Shown here piece after piece: positions 10,294 to 20,802 of a DNA stretch of 64,000 nt. A program made the translations under genes and the position numbers. Position 1 is the stretch's first letter; the number at the start of each line of letters is the position of its first letter. Source of the DNA: Ignavibacteriaceae bacterium (GTDB lineage Bacteria; Bacteroidota; Ignavibacteria; Ignavibacteriales; Ignavibacteriaceae); assembly GCA_031292435.1 (NCBI GenBank), contig JARLHD010000054.1, positions 560 through 64,559 on the forward strand. Direction: 5' to 3'. A model generated the notes under the pieces. That model made no database searches. It had not been told where the DNA came from and saw only the letters and a program-made list of their open reading frames with translations.

Positions 10294-11484
10294 ATGAAAG
10301 TTAAAGTCCTTATAGCAGATAAATTTCCGGATGAATATGTTCAACAATTGAAAGATTCAGATCTGGATGTTATTTATTCTCCTAAACTTGGCGAAAATGA
10401 TTTACCCGAAGCTGCCAAAGATGTAGATATACTAGTCGTTCGTTCAACAATTGTAAATGCTGACACAATCAATAAGAGTTCCCACTTAAATTTAATAATA
10501 AGAGCTGGCGCCGGTGTTAATAATATTAATATTGCGGCTGCGAACCAGAAAGGAATATATGTTGCTAATTGTCCGGGTATGAACTCAATAGCAGTGGCAG
10601 AATTAGCAATGGGATTGATCATTTCATTGGATAGAAGGATTCCGGATAATGTGGCTGATTTTAAAAACGGAAAATGGAATAAGGGCGAATACTCCAAAGC
10701 TGAAGGACTTTTCGGAAAGAATCTTGCCCTGGTTGGTTTTGGAAATATCGGAAGAGAAGTAGCCAAAAGAGCTGTTGCTTTCGGCATGAATGTTTACGCA
10801 AAAGATATTACGCGCATCGAAGGTGAAATGGTTAAAGATTTTTCTGAAATGGACCAGGTTTTACCTATTTGCGATATTATCTCAATTCATTTGCCTTCAA
10901 CCCCGCAGACAAAAGGTCTGTTTAATAAACAGATGTTCAGTTATTTAAAACCGGGAGCATTACTTATTAATACCTCCAGACCAGATATTATTGATGAAGA
11001 TGCCCTGCTTGAAGCAATTAAGGAAAAGAATATCAGGGTTGCAGTTGATGTATTTAAAGGTGAACCTGAAGGAAAAAGTGGTGAAGTAAAATCAATTCTG
11101 CAGTCTTCTCCAAATGTTTATGTAACCCATCATATTGGAGCTTCTACAGAGCAGGCACAGGATGCCGTAGCAGAAGAAACAGTCAGAATAATCAAAAGTT
11201 ATTTACACAGTGGAGTTATAGCACACTGGGTAAATAAAGCTAAAATAACTGATGCCAAATTCCAGTTGGTTGTTAAACATTATGATAAACCTGGTGTTCT
11301 TGCTTCTATTATGGATATCATCCGTAAGAGAGGAATTAACATTGAAGAAATTGAAAATGTTATTTTCGATGGCGGAATTGCTGCATGCTGTACAATGAAA
11401 CTAAAAGCTGCAGTTACAACTGAAATGCTTTCTGAGATGAGAGCTAACCACGATATTTTAAGTATCTCACATACATCTATTTAA
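10294..11484 (+). CDS. serA: D-3-phosphoglycerate dehydrogenase-type 2-hydroxyacid dehydrogenase with a C-terminal ACT-like domain
   Basis: NAD-binding 'LVGFGNIGREVAKR'. Catalytic-region 'THHIGAST'. The last ~75 aa resemble an ACT regulatory domain. Confidence 0.7.
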   Translation: MKVKVLIADKFPDEYVQQLKDSDLDVIYSPKLGENDLPEAAKDVDILVVRSTIVNADTINKSSHLNLIIRAGAGVNNINIAAANQKGIYVANCPGMNSIAVAELAMGLIISLDRRIPDNVADFKNGKWNKGEYSKAEGLFGKNLALVGFGNIGREVAKRAVAFGMNVYAKDITRIEGEMVKDFSEMDQVLPICDIISIHLPSTPQTKGLFNKQMFSYLKPGALLINTSRPDIIDEDALLEAIKEKNIRVAVDVFKGEPEGKSGEVKSILQSSPNVYVTHHIGASTEQAQDAVAEETVRIIKSYLHSGVIAHWVNKAKITDAKFQLVVKHYDKPGVLASIMDIIRKRGINIEEIENVIFDGGIAACCTMKLKAAVTTEMLSEMRANHDILSISHTSI

Positions 11485-11532
11485 AACAAAAATACCCGGG
11501 TTATAATTATAGCCCGGGTAATGTTTTAATTT
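11483..11532. terminator. Bidirectional intrinsic terminator between convergent genes
   Basis: 13-bp stem TACCCGGGTTATA / TATAGCCCGGGTA (one G-U pair) at 11493-11520. T-rich on both sides: ATGTTTTAATTT on the plus strand, TTTTTGTTTT on the minus strand. Confidence 0.75.
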
Positions 11533-11541
11533 ATAATCTCT

Positions 11542-12297
11542 CTAAATTAAATTCAGTACAATAATATCCGATATTATAACGTGGAAATATGGGAGCCTTA
11601 AAACCTGTTCTATCCCTTCCAGGTCCTGCTCATTATAATTGAAAATTAAGCTGGTTATATTTGATAAAAAGAACTCCTGGAGATTTGCAGGTATAATCTC
11701 TTTAATAGCTGCCTCGGCATCCTCCTGGAATAATTTTACTGATTCGGCAGCTAGAGAATTGAAATTTTTCAATAGTGCAGGGTCTTTAGAAACAAAAACA
11801 TAATTAACATAAGGCAGATTAATAAGCTCAACAACTTCCTCAGCAAAGCTAAATCCGGATACAAAAAGATCTTCACGGAAATTCATATCGCCTGCAATAA
11901 TATAATTTTTATCAGCTTCAAAATCTGAACCGGTCTTAAGGATAATCTCAATCTCACTACTATATAATTCCCTGAATAATATCTTGGAAAGTATTACTTC
12001 ACATGAAGATATATCCCCTGCCAGATTTATTTCAGTTATATTTTTATTTTCCTGACCGTAGTATATATATGAATTGGATATGGCTCCCTCGAAAGAAAGA
12101 CCGAATGAACGTGAGACATAAAGATCCTTGTTCTGAATTAAATCTGTAATTGGAATGAGGGCTATTGAGTTTTCTGACTTTAATAATTCAGAAATAATAA
12201 GAGAAGAAGAAATGAATTGGATCTTATCCTTAATTCCCTTCTCAAAATTATGGAAGAATAACTTAGCAAAATAATTATCGGGGCTTATAATTTTCAT
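11542..12297 (-). CDS. Hypothetical protein, possibly MqnA/MqnD-like (periplasmic-binding-protein fold)
   Basis: 251 aa. The N-terminal pattern 'LL.S.NSIALIPITDL......YVS..FGLSFEGAISNS' loosely resembles the chorismate dehydratase family. Weak call. Confidence 0.3.
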   Translation of the reverse strand: MKIISPDNYFAKLFFHNFEKGIKDKIQFISSSLIISELLKSENSIALIPITDLIQNKDLYVSRSFGLSFEGAISNSYIYYGQENKNITEINLAGDISSCEVILSKILFRELYSSEIEIILKTGSDFEADKNYIIAGDMNFREDLFVSGFSFAEEVVELINLPYVNYVFVSKDPALLKNFNSLAAESVKLFQEDAEAAIKEIIPANLQEFFLSNITSLIFNYNEQDLEGIEQVLRLPYFHVIISDIIVLNLI

Positions 12298-12339
12298 ATC
12301 ATAATCCCCTGTTTTCCTGAATCCAATAATGCCGCTAAA

Positions 12340-12678
12340 TTATTTAGTTTTAATGCGCGCAGCTTTTCCGGAAAGATTTCTCAGGTAGAAAAGCTTGGCT
12401 CTTCTTACATCACCCTGTTTGATTAATTCAATCTTTGCAATCTTAGGTGAATTTACGGGAAAAATCCTCTCAACTCCAACACCGCTGGATATTTTTCTAA
12501 CTGTAAAGGTTTTATTTATCCCATTTCCTCTGATGCTTATAACATCTCCTTCAAAAGGCTGAATTCTTTCTTTATCACCTTCAATTACTCTTACATGAAC
12601 CTTAATATGATCACCAGAATTTATTTTGGGTAAATCAGTCTTAATTTGCTCAGGAAGTATATTATTTATATCAATCAT
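12340..12678 (-). CDS. rplS: 50S ribosomal protein L19
   Basis: 112 aa. 'F..GD.I.V.V...EG.KERIQ.FEG.VI...G.G....[18 protein letters not shown]' with a conserved C-terminus. Sits in the canonical rpsP-rimM-trmD-rplS order. Confidence 0.95.
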   Translation of the reverse strand: MIDINNILPEQIKTDLPKINSGDHIKVHVRVIEGDKERIQPFEGDVISIRGNGINKTFTVRKISSGVGVERIFPVNSPKIAKIELIKQGDVRRAKLFYLRNLSGKAARIKTK

Positions 12679-12680
12679 TT

Positions 12681-13367
12681 CTAACTCCGATAATTATTAT
12701 AATTTCTCCATTTTTCAGTCAACTTTTTTGACTGCTCTTCTTTCCATTTTTTTATCTCTTTAGTGTTCCCTGAAAGAAGAACCTCAGGAACTTTCATACC
12801 CTTATACTCAGCAGGTCTTGTATAGTAAGGGGCAGAAACAGACTCATCATCCTGAAAGGAATCATCTAGGGCTGATTCACTGTCATTCAGAACTCCGGGA
12901 ATTAACCTTATAATTGCATCAATCACTAATAATGCCGGCAATTCACCGCCGGTTAATACAAAATTACCAATTGATATTTCATCAGTAGCAAACCTTTCTC
13001 TTACACGGTCATCAATTTCTTTATAATGACCTGTAATAAACATCAGGTTGTCCGATAAAGAAAGCTTATTCGCATAACTCTGATCAAAAATTTTTCCTTT
13101 CGGAGTAGTAAAGATAATATGATTATAATCTCTCTGCTCCAAAAGATTTTCAATACATAAAAAGAACGGCTCCGGCTTAAGTACCATTCCTGGACCACCG
13201 CCAAAAGGTTTATCATCTATCTGCTTATGTTTATCATAAGCATAATCTCTTAAATTATGGATACTTATACTTGCTTTACCCTTATCCTGCGCCCGTTTTA
13301 TAATACTGGTATTAAGGGGACTCACCATCAATTCCGGAACAGCAGTTATGATATCAACTCTCATCAT
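12681..13367 (-). CDS. trmD: tRNA (guanine37-N1)-methyltransferase
   Basis: '[17 protein letters not shown]' and '[22 protein letters not shown]' motifs. Confidence 0.95.
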   Translation of the reverse strand: MMRVDIITAVPELMVSPLNTSIIKRAQDKGKASISIHNLRDYAYDKHKQIDDKPFGGGPGMVLKPEPFFLCIENLLEQRDYNHIIFTTPKGKIFDQSYANKLSLSDNLMFITGHYKEIDDRVRERFATDEISIGNFVLTGGELPALLVIDAIIRLIPGVLNDSESALDDSFQDDESVSAPYYTRPAEYKGMKVPEVLLSGNTKEIKKWKEEQSKKLTEKWRNYNNYRS

Positions 13368-13872
13368 CTTCGTACAAATCCTCTCCTGGTTTAAGCTTTA
13401 ATTCTTTCTTCTCTTTATCAAATGATTCAATAATATTAAGTAATGCAGGTATAAGAATTTCTTTACCTGTGCTATCCTCAATAACATAGACATCATTTGC
13501 GGGGTACTTTAAAACATCCTTGATGATGCCTAATTCTTTATCATTTTTTATAACTCTGCTTCCAATTAGATCATGAATAAAAAAATGATTATCCGGGAGT
13601 GAGACAAGGTTTTCTTCATCCACAAAGATATCCTTACCTACCAGGATCGCAGAGTCAAGTTCTGAATCGAAATTCTTGAATTTAAGAGTAAACAAATTTT
13701 TATGCTGCTTTACATCTTTTACAAAGAACAATTTTTTTTCACCAAAGAAATCAATATATACTTTGGAGAGATTAAAAAATCTTTCCGGATAATCAGAATG
13801 TGATATTATTTTTACAGCACCATTTTTACCGGAAACAGATGTAACTGTTGCAATTAGATAAAAATTGTTCAC
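13354..13872 (-). CDS. rimM: 16S rRNA processing protein RimM
   Basis: 172 aa. Overlaps the trmD start. PRC-barrel-like C-terminus 'LIGSRV......LG.I.DVL..PANDVYVI'. Confidence 0.85.
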   Translation of the reverse strand: MNNFYLIATVTSVSGKNGAVKIISHSDYPERFFNLSKVYIDFFGEKKLFFVKDVKQHKNLFTLKFKNFDSELDSAILVGKDIFVDEENLVSLPDNHFFIHDLIGSRVIKNDKELGIIKDVLKYPANDVYVIEDSTGKEILIPALLNIIESFDKEKKELKLKPGEDLYEDDES

Positions 13873-13878
13873 TCTTCT

Positions 13879-14115
13879 CTACTGTAAAACAATATCAAGA
13901 ACAGATTTCTTTCCTTCTTTGGCAGATACCGCTGTTAGTAAAGTACGCATGGCTTTGGCTGTTTTGCCTTTTTTCCCGATTACCTTACCGATATCAGTAT
14001 GTTCAACTTTTAACAATATTACTATTTTGCTCTCTTCGGGGGTTTTTTCCTCGACAATTATTCCATCCGGATTATCCACAAGATGCTTGGCGATGAACTC
14101 AATGAATTCTTTCAT
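13879..14115 (-). CDS. KH-domain RNA-binding protein (YlqC/KhpA-like)
   Basis: 78 aa. 'DIGKVIGKKGKTAKAMRTLL' contains the GxxG KH motif. Lies between rpsP and rimM, as in many bacteria. Confidence 0.85.
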   Translation of the reverse strand: MKEFIEFIAKHLVDNPDGIIVEEKTPEESKIVILLKVEHTDIGKVIGKKGKTAKAMRTLLTAVSAKEGKKSVLDIVLQ

Positions 14116-14192
14116 AGAAAGAAGCCTCCATATTAAGCCGGGTACTTTTATAATATTATACAGTCGTACTTCCCCTCCGCTAAAATCTCAGA

Positions 14193-14645
14193 TTATTGCG
14201 GAGCGTTTTCTTCAGAAGCAGCACCCGTTACTTCTGCTGTATTTTCTTTAGTTTCTTCTGCCGGTTTATCGCTTACAGCGGACTCACTCTTCTTCTTATG
14301 TTTTGGCTTACTCTTTGATTTAGCTTCTTTTAATTTTGACCAATTTTCAAATTCTTCATTTATCTTTTCTTCGGATAACCCTTTTTTCTTTAATTCCAGC
14401 TTTAGGGTTATACCTTTCTGTCTCAAAAGACTCATTACTGTATCTGTGGGTTGAGCACCTACGCCAAGCCAATATATAATTCTGTCTTCCTTGAATTCCA
14501 ATGTGTGTGGATTAGTCAATGGATTATATAATCCAACTGATTCAAGGAATTTTCCGTCTCGGGGAGCTCTGGAATCAGCTGCTACAACTTTATACATAGG
14601 TTGTTTCTTCTTTCCAATTCTCCTTAATCTTAACTTTACTGCCAA
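14193..14645 (-). CDS. rpsP: 30S ribosomal protein S16 with a Lys/Glu-rich C-terminal extension
   Basis: 'MAVKLRLRRIGKKKQPMYKVVAADSRAPRDGKF.E..G.YNP' is followed by a charged tail of about 65 aa. Confidence 0.95.
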   Translation of the reverse strand: MAVKLRLRRIGKKKQPMYKVVAADSRAPRDGKFLESVGLYNPLTNPHTLEFKEDRIIYWLGVGAQPTDTVMSLLRQKGITLKLELKKKGLSEEKINEEFENWSKLKEAKSKSKPKHKKKSESAVSDKPAEETKENTAEVTGAASEENAPQ

Positions 14646-14678
14646 ATTATTTGAACCTCCAAATATTATTCTCTGTTT

Positions 14679-16004
14679 TCAATTAAATTTTAGATTGTTA
14701 AATAATGCACCGGCACCACCTCTCTGGTTCATCCTGCTCATCATTTTCTGCATTTCTCCGAATTGTTTAATCAAACGATTAACATCCTGTATGGATGTAC
14801 CGCTTCCTTTAGCAATCCTTTTACGGCGGTTCCCATTTAATATTTTGGGCGTGGTCCGCTCACTTGTTGTCATTGAGTTGATTATAGCTTCAACCCTAAC
14901 TAGTGCTTTATCATCAATTTGGGCATTTTTTACCTGTGAACCGAGTCCGGGTATCATCCCCAAAAGTGAAGATAAAGAACCCATTTTCTTTATCGCTTTA
15001 ATTTGCTTAAGAAAATCCTCAAAATCAAATTTATTTTTCCTGAATTTCTCTTCCAATCTCTGGGCTTCTACTTCGTCAAAGTTTTCCTGTGCCTTTTCTA
15101 CTAGCGAAATAATATCCCCTTTACCCAGAATTCTGGAAGCTAGTCTGTCCGGATGAAAAATCTCAAGGGCATCTAGTTTTTCACCATTACTGATGAATTT
15201 AATCGGTTTTCCAACAATAGAACGAATAGATAATGCTGCGCCGCCTCTTGAATCACCATCCAGTTTAGTAAGAACTATACCATCATAATTCACTTTTTCA
15301 TTGAATATCTTCGCAGAATTTACAGCATCCTGACCCGTCATCGAATCTACCACAAATAGTGTTTCGGTCGGATTTACTAATTCCTTTATTCTAGCTACTT
15401 CATCCATCATCACTTCATCTACATGAAGTCGTCCTGCTGTATCTATAATAACCGTGTTAAATCCGCCTTCTTTTGCATAGTCCATTCCTAATCGTACAGC
15501 TTTAACTGCATCCTGATCGGAAATGGAAAAGATCGGAATATTAATCTGAGATCCTAATACTTTTAACTGTTCAATTGCAGCCGGACGATATACATCTGCT
15601 GCTATTAAAAGAATTTTAAGATTACTTTCTTTTAATCTCTTTGATAGTTTACCACAGAATGTTGTCTTTCCTGATCCCTGAAGACCGACTACTAAAATTG
15701 ACGTAATACCTGAACCATTCAACTTTATTTCACTTCTGTCTCCCCCTAACAGAACGATCAATTCATCGTAAATTATTTTTGTAATTAACTGACCGGGTGA
15801 AATAGAAACTAAAACTTCTTTGCCAAGCGCCTTTTGAGAAACTTGTTCAATAAAATCTTTTGCTACTTTATAGTTAACATCGGCATCTAATAATACTCTG
15901 CGTATTTCCCTTAAAGTATCTGATATATTCTTCTCAGTAAGTTTACCTTGCCCTCTTACTTTCTTAAGAGTATTTTCTAATTTAAGTGAAAGATCTTCAA
16001 ACAT
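14679..16004 (-). CDS. ffh: Signal recognition particle protein Ffh
   Basis: NG domain 'GLQGSGKTTFCGKL', 'DTAGR', 'TKLDGD'. Met-rich M domain at the C-terminus. Confidence 0.95.
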   Translation of the reverse strand: MFEDLSLKLENTLKKVRGQGKLTEKNISDTLREIRRVLLDADVNYKVAKDFIEQVSQKALGKEVLVSISPGQLITKIIYDELIVLLGGDRSEIKLNGSGITSILVVGLQGSGKTTFCGKLSKRLKESNLKILLIAADVYRPAAIEQLKVLGSQINIPIFSISDQDAVKAVRLGMDYAKEGGFNTVIIDTAGRLHVDEVMMDEVARIKELVNPTETLFVVDSMTGQDAVNSAKIFNEKVNYDGIVLTKLDGDSRGGAALSIRSIVGKPIKFISNGEKLDALEIFHPDRLASRILGKGDIISLVEKAQENFDEVEAQRLEEKFRKNKFDFEDFLKQIKAIKKMGSLSSLLGMIPGLGSQVKNAQIDDKALVRVEAIINSMTTSERTTPKILNGNRRKRIAKGSGTSIQDVNRLIKQFGEMQKMMSRMNQRGGAGALFNNLKFN

Positions 16005-16039
16005 AATAACCAGTCCTGTTTATGCGATTCATTTTCAAA

Positions 16040-16918
16040 CTATCCTTCCTTCTGTGCATTGGCACCCGATACAATTTCAAGAATTTCTTTTGTTATAGCA
16101 GCCTGCCTCTCTTTATTATAAGTTAACTGCAGAGTCCTTATCAATTCCTTGGCATTAGTTGTTGCATTATCCATAGCTGTCATCTTTGCGCCAAGTTCAG
16201 CTGCATTCGATTCCAGTAATATCCTCCATATTTGTGCCTTTAAATGCTTAGGGAGTAAATAGTTAAAAACCTCTCTTTGCCCCGGTTCAAAAATAAAGTC
16301 AATCTGCTTTATACCCTCCTCATTATTAAGTTTTATCGGGATAGGGAGAAATTGTTCCGTTACAATTCTTTGCTGTATTATCGATTTAAATTCATTGTAA
16401 ATGATTATAATTTTATCAAATGAATTATCAAGATATTTATCAATCAATTCCCTGGTTATAGTTAAAGATGAATCATATTTCAAAGTTGAAAAGATTCCCG
16501 AAACATTACCCGCAACCGGGTATTCTCTTCTTTTATAAAAATCAGAACTCTTTTTCCCTATGCAGTAAATATGAGAAGTTACTCCAGGTATTGATGCATC
16601 ATTATTACTTAGTTGCCTTACTGATTCTTTCAATATGTTGTTATTAAAAGCACCACACAACCCCCTGTCTGCCGTTACTATAACATATGCTATATTTTTA
16701 ATTTCTCGCTGAATAATAAATGGATTATTAACCATATCATCTTCAGTAATAAGATGACTTATTAGTTCAGAAATTTTCCTTGCATAGGGACGAGCATTGA
16801 TTACAGATTCCTGCGCTCTTCTTAATTTAGCAGCAGCAACCATTTTCATCGCTTTAGTGATCTGCTGTGTGCTTTTTACACCTTTGATCCTGCTTTTTAT
16901 GTCCCGTAGAGTGGCCAT
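16040..16918 (-). CDS. atpG: F1 ATP synthase gamma subunit
   Basis: 'ATLRDIK.RI..VKSTQQITKAMKMVAAAKLRRAQ' at the N-terminus and 'NK.RQAAITKE..EIVSGA' at the C-terminus. Confidence 0.95.
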   Translation of the reverse strand: MATLRDIKSRIKGVKSTQQITKAMKMVAAAKLRRAQESVINARPYARKISELISHLITEDDMVNNPFIIQREIKNIAYVIVTADRGLCGAFNNNILKESVRQLSNNDASIPGVTSHIYCIGKKSSDFYKRREYPVAGNVSGIFSTLKYDSSLTITRELIDKYLDNSFDKIIIIYNEFKSIIQQRIVTEQFLPIPIKLNNEEGIKQIDFIFEPGQREVFNYLLPKHLKAQIWRILLESNAAELGAKMTAMDNATTNAKELIRTLQLTYNKERQAAITKEILEIVSGANAQKEG

Positions 16919-16930
16919 TTAATTTATTAT

Positions 16931-18481
16931 TTATATATTTTTCTTAAATACAACAAGAAACTCTTCTGCAGCCTTTTTTATTAAAGTAATTGTGCCGTCA
17001 CTTAACTGCTTTTCTTTCTTTATCGTTTCAAAAATATTATTATACTTTACCTCGATATATTCCAATACTTCCTTCTCAAATCTCTTTACATCTGCAACTG
17101 AAATTGTGTCAAGATATCCGTTTGTTCCAAGAAAAATGCTAACAACTTGCCTTTCAATCGGAGATGGAGCGAATTGTCCTTGCTTTAATAACTCGACGAG
17201 CCTTGCCCCTTTTGCCAACGTATTCTGGGTAGATTTATCAAGATCTGAACCAAACTTTGCAAATGATTCAAGTTCCCTGTATTGTGCAAGATCAAGTTTC
17301 AATGTACCTGCCACTTTTCTCATGGCTTTAATCTGGGCATTGCCGCCTACTCGTGATACTGATATACCGACATCGATAGCTGGCCTGATTCCTGCGTTAA
17401 ATAAATTACCTAAAAGATATATCTGCCCGTCTGTAATTGAAATTACATTTGTAGGAATATATGCCGATACATCTCCCTGTTGAGTTTCTATAATCGGTAA
17501 TGCCGTTAAACTTCCGCCCCCAAGTTCATCATTAAGCTTTGAAGCTCTTTCCAGTAGTCTTGAATGGAGATAGAATACATCTCCGGGATAAGCTTCTCTG
17601 CCTGGAGGTCTCCTCAATAATAACGAAAGCTCTCGGTAAGCAGCAGCTTGTTTTGAAAGATCATCATATATTACCAAAGCATGTCTTCCACTATCCCTGA
17701 AAAATTCTCCTAATGTAGCACCCGAATAAGGAGCAATAAATTGTAATGGTGCAGGATCTGATGCAGTAGCAGCAATGATAGTTGTATATTCCATTGCTCC
17801 TGATTCCTGAAGTTTAGCCACTACCTGAGCAACTGTGGAACTTTTTTGCCCTATTGCAACATAAATACAAAATACCGGTTTAATATCCAGGTTCTTAGCT
17901 TCTACTGAATGAGTGTATTTTTGATTAATAATTGTATCAATTGCAATAGCTGTCTTGCCTGTCTGACGGTCACCAATAATTAATTCTCTCTGACCCCTTC
18001 CTATTGGGATCATTGCATCGATTGCAGTAATGCCTGTTTGCAAAGCTTCTTTTACCGGCTGTCTCTGTACAACTCCTAATGCTTTTCTCTCGATGGGTGA
18101 ATATTTCTCAATCTCAATGTCCCCTTTTCCGTCAATTGCAACACCGAGAGGTGTAATAACTCTCCCAAGCATCGCTTCACCTACAGGCATTGAGGCAACT
18201 CTTTTTGTTCTCTTTACAATGTCACCTTCCTTTACCAATGTAGATTCACCAAAAAGAACGCACCCTACACTGTCTTCGTCAAGGTTCAACACCATCCCAA
18301 ATACATTGTTAGGAAATTCTACCAGTTCACTCGCCATTACTTTGCTTAAACCATAAACTCTTGCAATACCATCCCCTACTGAAAGAACAGTACCGACATC
18401 ATAAATGTCCATCTCGTTTTCAAAACCAGATAGCTGCTTTTTTAATATTGCTGATATTTCGTCAGGTCTAACTTCAGCCAT
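16931..18481 (-). CDS. atpA: F1 ATP synthase alpha subunit
   Basis: Walker A '[15 protein letters not shown]' and '[20 protein letters not shown]'. Confidence 0.97.
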   Translation of the reverse strand: MAEVRPDEISAILKKQLSGFENEMDIYDVGTVLSVGDGIARVYGLSKVMASELVEFPNNVFGMVLNLDEDSVGCVLFGESTLVKEGDIVKRTKRVASMPVGEAMLGRVITPLGVAIDGKGDIEIEKYSPIERKALGVVQRQPVKEALQTGITAIDAMIPIGRGQRELIIGDRQTGKTAIAIDTIINQKYTHSVEAKNLDIKPVFCIYVAIGQKSSTVAQVVAKLQESGAMEYTTIIAATASDPAPLQFIAPYSGATLGEFFRDSGRHALVIYDDLSKQAAAYRELSLLLRRPPGREAYPGDVFYLHSRLLERASKLNDELGGGSLTALPIIETQQGDVSAYIPTNVISITDGQIYLLGNLFNAGIRPAIDVGISVSRVGGNAQIKAMRKVAGTLKLDLAQYRELESFAKFGSDLDKSTQNTLAKGARLVELLKQGQFAPSPIERQVVSIFLGTNGYLDTISVADVKRFEKEVLEYIEVKYNNIFETIKKEKQLSDGTITLIKKAAEEFLVVFKKNI

Positions 18482-18502
18482 TTTTAATCCTTATAAATAC
18501 TT

Positions 18503-19057
18503 TTAATTTAATGAAACATTTCCCGAGAGGAACCGTTTCCTTAATGTTTCCAGCTGATGCTTTATCGATGCATCATACATGGTATCGGCTGCTCTTGCTA
18601 TAAATCCGCCGATTAATTCCTTATTCACTATGTAATTTAATTTTATAATTTTATTGAGACTACTTTCAAATTTTTTTCTGATCTGCTCCTGCTGTTCATC
18701 AGTAAATTCATATGCCGTAGTAATTTCAATATTTATAATACCTAAATAGTCATCTTTCAATTCAAGAAATTTCTTTGAAATATCAGATAACAGGTCCTCT
18801 CTCCTTTTCTCTAAAACAAATTGCAGGAATTTTAAAGAGTCCGCGCTTACTTTGTCTTTAAATATTTCAGTTAATATCGATAATTTAACTTGGGTTTTTA
18901 TAACGGGACTCTTTAACATTAAGTTAAGCTGATTTTTCCCTTCAAGAGTATTCGAGATCAACTCCATATCGTTGGATGCTGAATCTAAATTCTTATTCTC
19001 AATCACTGAATCAAGAAAAGAAGAAGCATACCTTATGGAAACTTTATGGTCTTTCAT
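18503..19057 (-). CDS. atpH: F1 ATP synthase delta (OSCP) subunit
   Basis: 184 aa, in the position between atpF and atpA. 'RYA.....' start and 'GG...R..D...D.S.K..L..L' at the C-terminus. Confidence 0.85.
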   Translation of the reverse strand: MKDHKVSIRYASSFLDSVIENKNLDSASNDMELISNTLEGKNQLNLMLKSPVIKTQVKLSILTEIFKDKVSADSLKFLQFVLEKRREDLLSDISKKFLELKDDYLGIINIEITTAYEFTDEQQEQIRKKFESSLNKIIKLNYIVNKELIGGFIARAADTMYDASIKHQLETLRKRFLSGNVSLN

Positions 19058-19059
19058 AA

Positions 19060-19602
19060 TCAGTTCTTTGTTATTTCCCCAATATATTTATCCACAATCT
19101 TTTTCTGCGTTTCCTTATTTAGATTTTCATTCAGTATTTTTTCAGCAGCATTAATTGCTATTTCAGCAATCTGATTTTTCAATTCATTAAATGCTTCATC
19201 CTTTTTTCTTTCAATTTCCGCTGTAGCATCCTCAAGTAATTTCCGCGACTGCTGCTTTGTTTCCAACAGCATTTGCTCTTTTAATTTTTCGGCATATGAA
19301 CGGCTTTGTTCAATTATTTTCCTCGATTCTTCCTCTGCTTTGTTTAGATTTGCCTGATTTTGATCAAGAACTTTCTGAGCTTCATCTTTTGCTTTCTCAG
19401 CCTTTTCGAGAGATTCCCTTATGGCTCCTTCTCTCTGATCTAGAGCCTCAAGTATTGGCTTCCACGCAACTTTCTTTAAAATAATTATCAAAGCGATAAA
19501 AGTAATAGCAGTCCATATTATTAATCCGGGATTAATATCTAAAAGACTGCCGCTTGCTTCGGGTTCAACAGCAAGTATACTATAAATCATACCTAAAAAC
19601 AT
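19060..19602 (-). CDS. atpF: F0 ATP synthase subunit b
   Basis: One N-terminal TM helix followed by a long charged coiled coil. '[14 protein letters not shown]'. Confidence 0.9.
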   Translation of the reverse strand: MFLGMIYSILAVEPEASGSLLDINPGLIIWTAITFIALIIILKKVAWKPILEALDQREGAIRESLEKAEKAKDEAQKVLDQNQANLNKAEEESRKIIEQSRSYAEKLKEQMLLETKQQSRKLLEDATAEIERKKDEAFNELKNQIAEIAINAAEKILNENLNKETQKKIVDKYIGEITKN

Positions 19603-19655
19603 TCTAAAATCCTTTTAGTTTAGAATAAAATGGAGTATAACTACTCCCGATAAAA

Positions 19656-19877
19656 TTAAGCTTTTAAAGCCAATAGGATGCAGATAACCAAACCGAAGAA
19701 GGATATCCCTTCAATAAGTGCGGCTGCAATAATCATGGAAGTTCTGATAGCTCCGGTTGCCTCCGGCTGTCTGCCGGTAGCTTCCATAGCTGAGCTTGCA
19801 AGTTTTCCTATACCAAGTCCTCCTCCGATTACTGTCAAACCGGCACCTATACCAGCTGCTAAATGTGCAAGATCCAT
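19656..19877 (-). CDS. atpE: F0 ATP synthase subunit c
   Basis: 73-aa helical hairpin. 'GRQPE' loop and a conserved carboxylate in 'ALIEG'. Confidence 0.95.
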   Translation of the reverse strand: MDLAHLAAGIGAGLTVIGGGLGIGKLASSAMEATGRQPEATGAIRTSMIIAAALIEGISFFGLVICILLALKA

Positions 19878-19926
19878 TTATGTCTCCTTAATTAATTTTA
19901 TAATTATTAATTGATAAATATTTGTA

Positions 19927-20784
19927 CTAATGATCCTGATGAACTGCCATTCCAATAAATAAAGATGACAGCATTGTAAATACATATGCTTGAACTAATG
20001 CAACTAAAATCTCAAGCAAGTAAATAAAAAGTGCAAACCCCACAGAAACCGGAGCTACAAAAATAGTTTTCATAAAGAAAATCAGCCCGATCAAAGCGAG
20101 AATTACTGTGTGCCCTGCTAACATATTTGCAAAAAGACGAATCGCCAATGCAAATGGTTTAGTAAGCAACCCAAGAAACTCTACTGGTATCATTAAAGGA
20201 AGAAGCCAGACAGGAATCCCATGGGGGATTAATCCCTTCCAATAATGGAAGAAACCATTTTGCCTTATACCTCCAAACTGGGTCATTACAAAAGTAAATA
20301 CAGCTAATGTGGCTGTAATACCAATATTGCTCGTAAATGTCGATGAATATGGTAATAAACCCAAAAAATTTCCAAACAGAATAAAGAAAAAGACAGAAAG
20401 CAGATATGGTGTAAACTTTTCATAACTGTTTCCAATCGTTGGTTTGGCTATCTCATCACGGACAAAAACAATTATGATCTCAAAGAAATTAGCAAACTTC
20501 TTCGGTATAAGAGATTTCTTATAGCTTCTTGCGACAAATGTCATTACTGCAATTAGTATTATAGCAGCAAGCCACATAAAAAAAACATGCTTTGTCGGGG
20601 TTATATCTATACCGAAAATAATTGGTAATTGGGGTACATGGAACTCACCGAATGGAGCAAAATCTATAGTTTTTCCGTCCATCACGTGGTGCATTATCCA
20701 TCCGCTGTCACCTGATTTAGCTGCCGTATGGCTTAATGTATCAGTCACTACTTTTAACGTATCCAGAACAGCAATTCCCGTCAT
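19927..20784 (-). CDS. atpB: F0 ATP synthase subunit a
   Basis: Multi-TM protein. Conserved Arg in 'LAIRLFANMLAGH'. Confidence 0.93.
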   Translation of the reverse strand: MTGIAVLDTLKVVTDTLSHTAAKSGDSGWIMHHVMDGKTIDFAPFGEFHVPQLPIIFGIDITPTKHVFFMWLAAIILIAVMTFVARSYKKSLIPKKFANFFEIIIVFVRDEIAKPTIGNSYEKFTPYLLSVFFFILFGNFLGLLPYSSTFTSNIGITATLAVFTFVMTQFGGIRQNGFFHYWKGLIPHGIPVWLLPLMIPVEFLGLLTKPFALAIRLFANMLAGHTVILALIGLIFFMKTIFVAPVSVGFALFIYLLEILVALVQAYVFTMLSSLFIGMAVHQDH

Positions 20785-20802
20785 GTCTTAATAAATTAGA
20801 AA

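Noticed and set aside
10374-10787. 137-aa minus-strand ORF
   Set aside because: Antisense shadow of the serA-like dehydrogenase gene.
13865-14251. 128-aa plus-strand ORF (and 13848..14096)
   Set aside because: Antisense to the KH-domain and rpsP genes. The hydrophobic, low-complexity translation argues against a real gene.
14491-15156. 221-aa plus-strand ORF
   Set aside because: It lies entirely antisense to the highly conserved ffh/rpsP genes, has a low-complexity Leu/Ser/Phe/Ile-rich translation and has no RBS. This is a typical shadow ORF.
16992-17483. 163-aa plus-strand ORF (and a similar one at 18030..18356)
   Set aside because: Antisense to atpA, whose identity is unambiguous. No independent coding signal.
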